Positions 52,542 through 64,000 of a stretch of DNA of 64,000 bases are shown here, piece after piece. The translations under genes and the position numbers were made by a program. Numbering within the stretch: position 1 is the first letter of the stretch; each line of letters opens with the position of its first letter. Where the stretch lies: NCBI GenBank assembly GCA_038087875.1, contig JAXLNO010002284.1:62001-126000 (forward strand). Direction: 5' to 3'. The notes under the pieces were generated by a model that was not told the origin of the DNA, ran no database searches, and saw only the letters and a list, made by a program, of their open reading frames with translations. This DNA is from Malacoraja senta. Its lineage: Eukaryota.

Positions 52542-52915
52542 ATCTTGAAACATATAAGATTGTTATGGGCTTGGACACACTAGAAACATGTTCCCGATGT
52601 TGGGGGAGTCCAGAACCAGGGGCCACAGTTTAAGAATAAGGAGAAAGCCATTTAGAACGGAGACGAGGAAACACTTTTTCTCACAGAGAGTGGTGAGTCT
52701 GTGGAATTCTCTGCCTCAGAGGGTGGTGGAGGCAGTTTCTCTGGTTGCTTTCAAGAGAGAGCTAGATAGGGCTCTTAAAAATAGCGGAGTCAGGGGATAT
52801 GGGGAGAAGGCAGGAACGGAGTACTGAGTGGGGATGATCAGCCATGATCACATTGAATGGCGGTGCTGGCTCGAAGGGCCAAATGGCCTACTCCTGCACC
52901 TATTGTCTATTGTCT
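52542..52915 (+). mobile_element. CR1 3' fragment
   Basis: MFPMLGESRTRGHSLRIRRKPFRTETRKHFFSQRVVSLWNSLP. Confidence 0.9.
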
Positions 52916-53200
52916 TACTAATATATGATCTTATGCCATTTTTAGGTAGATAATGGGGATTGACAGACACCAGATCTCAGAGACCAAAATCCAGTAAAGG
53001 TCTCTCTTCTGGGAATTAAAATTGATAGCAATTGTTTTAATGTATTCAAAGTAGCATAAATAGATTTTAAAAAATAACATATTTTCTTGCCTTGAAAAAT
53101 TGTAATATATAATATAATGGAATTCAAAGGTCATAATACTTTCTTAACACCTGTTAACACCTGTTAAATAACTGACCATAGAGAAGACAGAAACACTAAC

Positions 53201-53345
53201 CTTTTAATTTTATCTTCTTGTTTTCGTGCCTGTTGCTTGAGTAAAAGATTTTCATCATGGAGCCGAAGAAAGCGATCTTCCAGCTCTTCACGTGAGATGC
53301 GAGACACTGCTTGGCGAGCTCTAGTGTTCTGTACACTTGTTGATT
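53201..53345 (-). CDS. RPGRIP1L: RPGRIP1L exon 3
   Basis: [48 protein letters not shown]; 145 nt; ctcag| and |gttagt. Confidence 0.97.
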
Positions 53346-53474
53346 CTGAGTTGAAAGATATTGTAAAAACTAGGTTATTAGATATTCTACCATAGGTACA
53401 CAATTTAGTACTAAGTCTCACTTTGAATATTTCAAAATTAACAATTGTACCTTCGAACTGAAAGATCTCTGTGA

Positions 53475-53577
53475 GAGACACAAATTGCTGGAGTAACTCA
53501 GCGGGTCAGGCAGCACTTCACTCCAGCACTTTGTGTCCTTTTAATAAAGCAGCATCTGCAGTTCCTCGTTTCTACAT
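53475..53577. mobile_element. Fold-back mini-element with central deletion
   Basis: gacacaaattgctggagt...actccagcactttgtgtc inverted arms; hammerhead centre missing. Confidence 0.75.
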
Positions 53578-53719
53578 GTCGACTCGTGTGAGAATGTGCA
53601 ATATTAAAAGCTGCTCCTGATTTTTGCGATATGATTTTGCTGTGGTTACATATTGTGCGTTACTTCAATTAAACAATGTGGGAAAGTGCAACAGCATTTC
53701 CTGGGTGACAATTAGTATA

Positions 53720-54029
53720 GGATGGCACGGTGCATAGCGTTAGAGTTGTTGCCTTACCCAGAGACCTGGGTTCGGTCCTGACTACGAGTGCCGCCTGTAC
53801 GGAGTTTGTACATTCTCCCTGTGAACGCTGGGTTTTCTCCGGGTGCTCCTGTTTCCTCCCACATTCCAAAGATGTACAGGTTTGTAGGTTAATTGGCTTC
53901 GGTTAAAAATTGTAAATTGTCCCTAGTGTGTAGGATAGTGTTAATGTATGGGGCGATCGTTGATCGGCGGGGACTCGGGTATGCCGAAGGGCCTGTTTAT
54001 GCGCTGTATCTCTAAATTAAACTAAACTA
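53720..54029 (+). mobile_element. HE1-type SINE
   Basis: Full head/core/tail. Confidence 0.9.
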
Positions 54030-55227
54030 TAGTATTTATCAGAAAAGAAATTCACAAAGTAGTAATGACCATCCTGTGACATACTGGAGGGTAAAACAGT
54101 TATAAGCAGTATTTTTTTAAGCTGGTGCTGCAAAGCTCAATTAACTCAATGCCTGTGCGGAAAGGACATTGCATTTTGCATGATATAATTTTGAAAATGA
54201 GATTAAGTACATTCAGAAATTAAACATGTGGCAAAGTGATGGCACAACACTTTTGTGACCAACAGACTGTCACAGCGGGCAATGCCACCAGACAATATTT
54301 AGGGTAGAGTTTATGAACTTTTCTGTAAAGAGAAGAATCCAGCTAAATGCAAACATTCTTGAAGGAGTCTTTTATGTTTGGGCAGAGAAGAACCCTTATG
54401 AGATAGGCCACTTACTCGAACTGTGTAATATGGGGAGATGGTCACCTGTATTGAGTCCAAATTTCTATCCCAAACATGCACAGAATTCAAATTCAAATTT
54501 TTGTGACAAAATGCACACATGTATCTGCAAAATCAATGTTGCTCAAACTAGATCTCAATGATGAACCCACTCTAAAAATGAACTATCATTGAAGTTAAAA
54601 TCCACACTTTTTTGAACAATCACATATTATTCACCCAACACTGCTCAAGATCCATTTGGTAAGTCTTATCCATTTCTCCATATGACATCAACAATAACAA
54701 CCACTGATCATTTTTGAGAATTAACAAATCACAGACTGATATATCCCTGTGGTAAATAGTCAAGGAAACTATTCTTAAAAAACTAACGATCCGGAATATA
54801 GACAACAATATTTTGACTCCATTGTTCTCCAGAGCAAATTACCATGAATTAGGGTCCGAGAACACTAGAATCACATATGGAGTTAGTTTAAGTAAATGCA
54901 GCCTTACATTTTTTTCTCATGCAAAATCTTCCGAACAAAAAAAAGGGAAGAAAGGAAATGTAAGTTTTAAAATAGCGATCAAAATGACTTCTGTTTATGG
55001 TAACAGGATGTTATGGAGACAAAGAATCATGAAATAAGACTATATCTTTACTTGCACAAGGCAGGTGAAGCGTACAATCAGTACCAGCTGATATTCAATA
55101 GTGGCTTTAATCTGTAAACCCCAACCTCTTGGATCAATGATACCATAAAAGGAAGATATTATGAAGTAAAACTAATGGATACATTGATCAAAGTATGTTC
55201 TAGTAATGACTAACAGGTGCTTCCAAC

Positions 55228-55312
55228 CTTGTATTCCACCAATTCCAGTCAGGCTCATGCCGACATCCTTCACAGGGAGGTCTCCTGCTGTCTCATCAGC
55301 TAGGCCTGACAT
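55228..55312 (-). CDS. RPGRIP1L: RPGRIP1L first coding exon (exon 2 in human numbering); exon starts at 55315
   Basis: cacag|accATG; encodes [28 protein letters not shown] (human [18 protein letters not shown]...); 85 coding nt; donor AAG|gttgga. Confidence 0.95.
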
Positions 55313-58300
55313 GGTCTGTGAAAGAAAAAGGACAAATTACACTTGAATGTTTTTCATCCGCACCCTGTACCTAACATCACAGGATTTTATCCTTGAACAG
55401 ATGGACAAATCTTATTTTTATGGATTTTCCTTACATAGATTCCATGTTTTGAAACTGTTTATTAAAGCAATCAAACTGTATTGTGAATGCTTCAGCGGTG
55501 ATATACGAAAAAAACTTTGTTTAAAAGTTACATGATCTAGAACCTTTCATCTGCAACTTAGATAAATTATAAAACAAAGCCTACAACCACTTTGTTCTGC
55601 TTTATGAAATAACCAATTCCAGCTTTAAAACCTTTACCACCTGTTCCACATGTGATGCTTACACTCAAATAAAATTTGTTAAGTATTTGCCAAACCAGGT
55701 GTTTCTTCCTTTGCAAGATGTTTAACCTCATGCTGCAGTCCCTGCAAAGTAAAATGCATGCACACTGTGTTGAAGTTCACACACCAATTGAGAATTAGAA
55801 TTACAGCTTTACAATAATACACTAATACTGTTTTCATAAAAAAACTAGATTCTAATGTTAACCACATAAGTCACTTTTTTTTTTAATAACAGAGGCAGAT
55901 AATTTAATAGGTAATTTTTTCAAGTAGTAACATAATAGATTTTCTTGTTGCTTTGCATGCCAAACATTGTCAATTAGGATAATTAACCTGGACTGGAGCT
56001 GCAGAAGAATAGAAAGACAAATTGTCTGCTTTTTTTTAAACCCTAAAAAATTAATGTTGCCCACTGAATCATATTTGTAACATAATTCTAACGTGCAGGA
56101 TGAGGAAGACTATTACATTTATCTTTAAACAGAGTCAATTAAAACTGTGATGCACAACATAGTTTGCGCTACAATAGTATGTGAACATTTTTCAGATAGT
56201 TACAGTTTAGTACATTTGTCAGATTAAAATACTCAGTAGTAGTTTCCATGACAGTAAGAATATGTATCTCATCCATGGAGCTTCAATGGAAAAGTGGCAA
56301 AAATTATGTAAACTGCTATTTCTCTGGGAAAACTGAATATCCTCCAAAGAGCATTTGTTTAAGCATTTCAATGAATAAGATTTGAGATATACATGCTTAT
56401 TTTATTTGTCTTACTTTTGTGGGACCTCACCTTTAATAATACAGAGAATGCAAGAACAAAGTTTTACAAATTTGAAGTTCAAATTTTGGACAAATTATAT
56501 GAGGGGGATGTGAGGGGTAATTTTTTATGAAACCAAAGAACACCTAAAACAAGAATTGCACAGTAAAATTCTGATAATCCACGGCACTTTGCACTTTGGT
56601 GTTGCCAGATAAGCAGGGTTTTCAGACTATTGAATGTTTCTTCTATTACTGGGGCCCTGATGTGTTAGAGGAGGCGCAAGAATCAAGGACCCAGTCTGCT
56701 GTAGGGTGCACAGGAACTGTGACCCTGGTGAATGGAGTACGGGAAAACAGATCCTGGGAGCAAGAGAGCAAGGACCAAGGTGAATAGAAAGAAGGTGTGG
56801 AACTGGGAGCAATGAATGGAAATTGAGCATGGACACTTGGATCTGGTGAGAAGAAAGGGAGTGCAAAACCAGAATCTGGATGAGTGAAAATGGAGCAAAG
56901 GAAAGTGAAAAGAGAACATGGTAAACAATATTTGATGAGCCAGGTGCCATACCAATAAGATTTCCAATTAGCTGGATTGTGGTTATCAGAGTTTTACTAT
57001 ATAGGCACTTAATTATTTGTTATAATGTGGAAGCGGGTTAATCTGCCGCACAGATCATGCCGACTCCCAGCAGAATATGCCAATTTGACCTGTATCCCTC
57101 AGCTTCTTGCCCTGTATAATGCTGCATATTTTCTCTCACAGACCATCTCTTCCCCTTTGTTCTATCTACTGTACATGAGTTTGAATCAATTGCATCTATG
57201 TATGGTACATCTTATCTGTTTTGATAAGTAAAACAAAGCTTTTCACTATACTTCGGTACATGTGACAATAATGAAACTAAACCTAATAATAAACCTAAAG
57301 TAATAACAAAGGGAATAGAAATGAAGGATTACTTCTCCAGGAATCTATATAGAAAATTCTTCAATTTTCTGTGATGTACAATTCTACAATTTGAAGAACT
57401 AGAGGGGAGATAAGAAAAAGTTCTAGAATTTAATTAAGTGTGACATTCTGGAATGTACTCTGTGACTCTATGGAAGCGTATTCTTAATAATATTTTAATA
57501 ACAAAAGATATTGCTTTCTAATCATGAAGCTCATCTTGAGGTTTGTTGACCATGGCTAAATATTTCTGCTTTAGAATGCGTGCAAGAGGACAAGATGGCA
57601 ATACATTTGATGTTGATTTTAATGTAGAAATTTGCACCATGATACTCAAAGAGGAAAAAGGGAATAAATAATGAAAGTGTTGCGAGGGGAGTAAAGATGT
57701 CTACGATTTGGGTTTTGAGTCGTTGTTAAAAGATGATCTGCTTCAAATAAAGGGCTAAAAAAAATAGCAGCGAGATGTTTGAACAATCCGGCATCAATAA
57801 CGATGAAGGGAAGGATGTTGCAGACATGTTGGATGTTACCAGGATGAGAATGTCATAGCAGAGAAAGTGCAGATGTCTTGGTTGGCAAGAAGACTTGAAG
57901 AAGAAACTGTTCAAGTTTCATAATTGGTGAATTTTGAGAAGATATCAATGTCAATATAGTTTAAATTATTTCAGTATGAATTAAACAGAAGAACTAGTGT
58001 TAATGTAATCACTTAGGAGAAGCTCCGACTACTCACAATGAAAAATATAAACTATGAATAGTTAATGCTGAGGTTAATTAATTTTAAATTTTAAATTGAG
58101 TTTTTAATCTCCTAACTAAAATTTAAAGAATTTCCCATATTGTCAGAGTACAAGTATTTTTTAAAAATATGCATAATTAAGCAAACCTGAAGTACAGGTA
58201 ATCCTTTCCTCATTGAGTCAGTTCAAGTTAGATTTATAAATAGCGAGAAATAAGGATCTGCAGGTAAATTCAGGTACTTGTACTATTGTGTGGAACAATG

Positions 58301-59639
58301 AATGCAAATTAACATTATGTTTGCATTTCAGTTCAAAGTAAATATAATCAAAATGTTGAAAGTGTACACGACTTTTGTACACCAATGACGAATACATGTT
58401 AAGAACTTAGCACCCAAGAAAAGTTATCAAAAAGAATTATGCAAGGAACACCAACCAGTCATTTTAAGTGTATAATCAGTACACTGGGGGCATTCTGCAA
58501 TGTTCTGACAAAAAATGTTTAGAATACTTAGCTGCTTGCATGACTGACTTCAATACAGGCTGTGAGCAGTAAAAGTGTAGAGTTAAATCTGGCAACCAGA
58601 CTACAATGCATTTGATCTGCAGATTCAAAAAATATAGTCAAATAAAACTTCCTGCAGAGCTGTGCAATGTTATTTCCCTTGAGTAAATTATCTTGGTAGG
58701 TAAACATTTAAGCTATTAACAACCATGTGAGATTTCGACAGTTAGTTCTCCACAAGTAGATTCCTGGCAATGCCATCAAAGTGCCTAATGATAACTATCA
58801 TCTCATTAGCAAGGAAAATGTTGACAATAGATAGGGTGAAATATTCCCATATAACAGCACTATTTTTTAATCAAATAACATGGATGCTCAAACGTCTGCT
58901 AAATTGTAACAATTGCTGGTTATTGACATCTTAATCTGGCCTAAGAGCCTCAAAATAGTCTTCTACTTCCAGTGATTTTATTTTCAGATTTACTAACGTG
59001 CTTTAATTACATAGCCTTCTGGAGGAAAATGATCTACATAATTTAGTAATGCAGCTGAACCTCAAATAATTTAATGTGGTTAGCAACTTGGCCATAGTCT
59101 GATTGCAGGCATTGATCATGAGAAAGCTTTCCAGATTAACAACCTTTTTACAAGTGGCCCGTGGGAGTGTTTCCTGTTGGAATTCAAATTGATTTTATCT
59201 AAAACAGGACCTTGGAAGATATTATTTTTGAAATATGTTTAACAATCTAATTGAATAAAATACATTTTATCATCCTGTAAATTTTGTGCGAGTATATCAG
59301 GTAAATCTGTATCCAACTCAGCTCAGTTGGCCTTGCCCTTCGCAGTCGAAGAATGTGGCAACAATTACTTTTAAGATTTATAGATGATCATTACCAATAA
59401 AGAAAAAGTTGTGACTTTGATGAATGTGAATAGCACTGGAGAGTCGATGCGATATAAATTCACGCTCACTGCTAATATTAAATTTGCAATATTGTGGCAG
59501 CTGCACATTGTACTCCATTTCTGAAATTCAGTCCAATTGACTTCCATGGAACCAAATTTCAGAAGTAAAGTCTATTTGCACACTTTGCACTGGTGATTGA
59601 CTACAAATTTCTATGGTAATGATTCAGAAATGTGAAAAT

Positions 59640-60580
59640 AAAATCATAGGGTTTCAGGTCCAGAATAGAGATGCTGTTGAGAAGGTCTTTGAAGAGCTCG
59701 TTTCAGCAGGCCTTGTCTGCCCCAGTCCTTGATGAGTTCACTCCTGTTTTTCGCTCTTAGTGAACTGGGACCAAGGGAATTTGGGGAATAGATGGTGCTT
59801 TCTATATTGACGATTCCCCTGCATATTATGGCTGTTAGTAGACGTCTGCTCTTTCTCCAGCCAAAAGGATCCAGGTTCTCCAAGTCTGGCTGTAAATATT
59901 TATTTTTATAGTGGACAATTTTGGGATGGGCAGAGGATTTGGGGATAGTGTGGTGTTGTGGAGTGGGCAGATTAGTGGCATGCCTTTGTCTTGCAGATAT
60001 TTAGCATGGAGCCCATTCTTTTGTCCAATTCAGTGAGTAAACTAATAATGATGATATGAATCTTGGATTGAAGTATCCACAAATGCAGGGAATGTCTGTA
60101 TCCTAGGCTTGATAAATGAGTGACCTTAGTTCTGGAGTGGAGGTGACAGAGATTGCATATTTCCCGTTTGCACTGTGATTTAGCTAAACTCCTGTGGAGA
60201 ACGTGGAAAGTGAGGAGCAGTGTTGCCATAAGGAATATCTAGGAGAGGGTTAGAATGATGACAGTGTTCTAAGATTGTGTCTATAGTAGACCTGTTGGTT
60301 AGAATCCCAACCTAGATGCCATCCTTGTGACAGATGGAATGGGTACGGGTTTCCGAGGATATCCATGTTTGAGAGATATTCTCTATGGTTCATCTTGGTT
60401 GATAGACTTTAAAGCTTTTGTGGGATTAGGGAAGCGCCATATGTGGTGGTTGCTTTTACTTCCATTTTTCTTGGAGTTGTTGTACAAACAAGTTTAATAT
60501 CGTCTTAATGGACAGAATCTGCACTGCGACAGAGGAGATGTTTGATCTTTGGGAAAAGACAGTTGTCTGAGGTTCCACGG
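59640..60580 (-). mobile_element. Ancient RTE-clade LINE RT fragment
   Basis: NLCHLHSRTKVT...LTELDKRMGSMLNICKTK resembles RTE NLRRL.SRTKVT...MGL.LNI.KTK. Confidence 0.6.
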
Positions 60581-62119
60581 CAACCACAAACGTAAATGTA
60601 TTTTATTGGGATTTTATGTGACCAACACAAAGTGGTGCATAATTGTGGTGGAAGGAAAATGATACATGGTTTTCAAATTTTTTTACAAATAAAAAACTGA
60701 AAAATGTCGCGTGCAAAAGTATTCAGCCCCCCCGAGTCAATGCTTTGTAGAACCACCTTTCGCTGCAATTACAGCTGCAAGTCTTTTGGGGTATGTCTCT
60801 ACCAGCTTTACACATCTAGAGACTGAAATTTTTGCCCATTCTTCTTTGCAAAATAGCTCAAGCTCAGTCAGATTGGATGGAGAGCATCTGTGAACAGCAA
60901 TTTTCAGGTCTTGCCAGAGATTCTCAATTGGATTTAGGTCTGGACTTTGACTGGGCCATTCTAACACATGAATATGCTTTGATCTAAACCATTCCATTGT
61001 AGCTCTGGCTGTATGTTTAGGGTCGTTGTCCTGCTGGAAGGTGAACCTCCACCCCAGTCTCGTCTTTTGCAGACTCTAACAGGTTTTCTTCCAAGATTGT
61101 CCTGTATTTGGCTCCATCCATCTGACCAGCTTCCATGTCCCTGCTGAAGAAAAGCATCCCCACAGCATGATGCTGTCACCACCATGTTTCACAGTGGGAT
61201 GGTGTGTTCAGGGTGATGTGCAGTGTTAGGTTTCCGCCACACATAGCGTTTTGCATTTAGCCCAAAAACTTCAATTTTGGTCTCATCTGACCAGAGCACC
61301 TTCCTCCACATGTTTGCTGTGTCCCCCACATGGCTTGTGGCAAACTGCAAACGGGACTTTTTATGGCTTTTTTTCAACAATGGCTTTCTTCTTGCCACTC
61401 TTCCATAAAGGCCCGATTTGTGGAGTGCACGACTAATAGTTGTCCTGTGGTAGATTCTCCCACCTGAGCTGTGGATCTCTGCAGCTCCTCCAGAGTTACC
61501 ATGGGCCTCTTGGCTGCTTCTCTGATCAATGCTTTCCTTGCCCGGCCTGTCAGTTTAGGTGGACGGCCATGTCTTGGTAGGTTTGCAGTTGTGCCATACT
61601 CTATCCATTTTCGGATGATGGATTGAACAGTGCTCCATGAGATGTTCAAAGCTTGGGATATTTTTTTATAACCTAACCCTGCTTTAAACTTCTCCACAAC
61701 TTTATCCCTGACCTGTCTGGTGTGTTCCTTGGGCTTCATGATGCTGTTTGTTCACTAATGTTCTCTAACAAACCTCTGAGGCCTTCACAGAACAGCTGTA
61801 TTTATACTGAGATTAGATTACACACAAGTGGACTCTATTTACTAATTAGGTGACTTCTGAAGGCAATTGGTTGCACTGGATTTTATTTAGGGGTATCAGA
61901 GTAAAGGGGGCTGAATACTTTTGCACGCGACACTTTTCAGTTTTTTATTGGTAAAAAAAATTTGAAAACCATGTATCATTTTCCTTCCACTTCACAATTA
62001 TGCGCCACTTTGTGTTGGTCTATCACATAAAATCCCAATAAAATACATTTACGTTTGTGGTTGTAACGTGACAAAATGTGGAAAAGTTCAAGGGGTATGA
62101 ATACTTTTGCAAGCCACTG
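60581..62119 (-). mobile_element. Passport-like Tc1 transposon, frameshifted transposase (60737-61739), left TIR truncated
   Basis: MKPKEHTRQVRDKVVEKFKAGLGYKKIS...GRPPKL, VLWSDETKIE, WPSQSPDLNPIENLW...KGGSTK; right TIR ends cactg|TA. Confidence 0.95.
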
Positions 62120-62156
62120 TACATGCTAGGCAGGGCAAGGATGACAGATTTTGATG

Positions 62157-62296
62157 GCAAGGTGGTGTAGCTAAAAAGGTTGCTACCTCACAGCTCAGGC
62201 AACCAGGTTCAAACATGACCTGATTTGCTGTCAATGTGGATTTGCACATTCTTCCTGTGACTGCAGGTGCTCTGGTTTCTTCCCACATCCCAAAAG
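62157..62296 (+). mobile_element. Old partial HE1-like SINE
   Basis: ggcaaggtggtgtagct...ccaggttcaaa...tttgcacattcttcctgtgactgc. Confidence 0.6.
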
Positions 62297-62491
62297 TATA
62301 AAATCTATTGTTATATCTATAAATATATCTATTTATCTATAGAAACAACATATTTTATACTTTGGCTAATCAACGTTATAACCCACATATCTATCACACA
62401 AGATATTGCAGTAAAAAAAGAATTAAGATGTTTTTTTAAATTAAGATGCCACAGATTTTTTTTTAATTAACATGCTGGAAATGTACAGATA

Positions 62492-63005
62492 TATCTTGGG
62501 GTGCAAGTCCATAACCCCCCAAAAGTGTTAACATAAATAGATAGGGTGGTAAAGAAGGCATATGACATGTTCGCTTTCATGGGTCAGAAGTCATGGTGCA
62601 GCTATGTAAAACATCTGGAGTATTTGTCACCATGTTACAGAAAGGATATGGAGGCTTTGGGGAGGATGCAGAAGAAGTTGACCAGCACGTTGTCTGGATT
62701 AGAGACTATCATTATAAGGAGCAGTTGGACAAACTTGGGTCTTTTTGTTTGGAGCTTTGGAGGCTGAGGGGATCCCTCATAGAAATATGTAAAATTAAGA
62801 GAGGCTAAGATATGATATATAGTGAGTCTTTATCCCAGGGTGGAAATGACTAAAACTGGAGGGCTTATCTTTAAAGTTTAAAGGAGATTTAAGAGGCATT
62901 TTTTTTACACAAGTAGGAGTTGTCTAGAACAGGTTATCATGGAAATTGGTGGAAGTAGATACGACTCTAATGTTTAAAAAGCATTTACATAGACTCATGG
63001 ACAAC
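62492..63005 (+). mobile_element. Old CR1 ORF2 fragment
   Basis: VVKKAYDMFAFMGQ...SPCYRKDMEALGRMQKKLT...RLRGSLIE. Confidence 0.8.
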
Positions 63006-63784
63006 CAAGCAGGTGTGCACTTTAAAATGGCACCCTGTTAGATACAGATATTGTGGGTTGAAATGTCCTTTTCCCTGCTGGTCTACGTTCTCTCTTTCAT
63101 ATCTGCTGCTTGGATTCCTTGCAAACAACTTTTATTCAAACTTTTTCTGACCACCATGCATTCCTCGGGCATGATACAGCATCTTCGGATGAATTCCGTA
63201 AACATTGCCCAGGTTCTCCCACCCTCATTGAAATCTAGGTCAATTTCAACATCCATGTGCTATTTAAAAAAAGTCACCTTAAATTGTTGAAAATTTCCCC
63301 ATTTGAATAAGCAAATGAAAAAAAATCCCGATTTTTTGCTGATTATTAAACATGAACAATAGTCGGCTTCCTATCACTTTTACTGTGAAATCCACACCAC
63401 GAAAGGTGAAGGACTAAAATTTGACACTGACGATTTTTCTCCATATATGCATACATTCTGGTTATAAATCACTGTTTATGAGTATGTGTATAAACCTCTG
63501 TTACTTTGAAAATAGTTTTAAAGACAATGTTAAAGAAGCTTTCATAAAATCAGTATACGATGTTATCTCCCAAAGCACTGCATGCTTCAAAGGGGAAGGT
63601 CATATTGTGGTTGACACAGAACTCTGTATAGGTGGTTATATACCATTCAGGAATTTATTCACAAGCACCCTGTGCTCACAAATCCTCTAGGTTGAAATAA
63701 TTGCAACATTCTGTTTTCAAGAATAAAGGCATATAAACTTGAGGAAGTGGAAAAAAAACCCAAAAGAAAGAACCTTTAATATTA

Positions 63785-64000
63785 CTGATGGTTTGTCCAG
63801 CAAGGCTATATGGATGGATCTGAGAAATAAGAATGGGATGATCACCTTGTTGGGAGTGTACTGCAGGCCCTCAAATAGTCAATGGGAATTAGAAGAGCAA
63901 AAATGCCAGGAGATTGCACGCAGCTGCAGGACTAATGAAATTATCGTGGGAGGGGATTTTAACTTTCCCAATATTGACTGGGATCTAACCTTCAATGGTC
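63785..64000 (+). mobile_element. CR1 APE endonuclease fragment
   Basis: AIWMDLRNKNGMITLLGVYCRPSNSQWELEEQ...IVGGDFNFPNIDWD. Confidence 0.85.

Noticed and set aside
57690-57915. Possible pseudo-exon in intron 1
   Set aside because: Multiple stops in the most protein-like frame and no recognisable homology.
55316-64000. RPGRIP1L non-coding exon 1 / bidirectional FTO promoter
   Set aside because: No CpG island or FTO-like coding sequence seen; probably beyond the window end.

Overview
Eukaryotic genomic DNA, very probably from a cartilaginous fish (skate/ray-like; inferred from HE1-type SINEs and HER1/CR1 LINE tails). The window is spanned by one minus-strand gene, RPGRIP1L (ciliary transition-zone protein, fantom/NPHP8/MKS5). 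I resolved 18 consecutive coding exons (55312 down to 3412; 2949 nt, 983 codons), all bounded by AG/GT with consistent phases. They cover the coiled-coil region and both C2 domains. I found neither the non-coding exon 1/FTO promoter nor the C-terminal RPGR-interacting-domain exons. The introns hold a layered TE record: Penelope-like (PLE) GIY-YIG fragments, two Tc1 elements (one Passport-like), two PIF/Harbinger derivatives, a hAT MITE, two Helitron-type elements, a solo LTR, HE1 SINEs and CR1/Rex1/RTE LINE fragments. The most notable signal is a family of about 90-220 bp PLE-derived mini-elements. Several start at a minimal hammerhead-ribozyme core (CTGAAGA-hairpin-GAAACGTC), several carry their own 9-12 bp target-site duplications, and some occur as fold-back palindromes. 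Other leads are an 83-nt AG/GT-bounded segment after exon 19 that is one A short of an in-frame exon, and a conserved PP1-docking RVxW motif. Comparisons to human RPGRIP1L and to TE families are from memory; no database searches were run.
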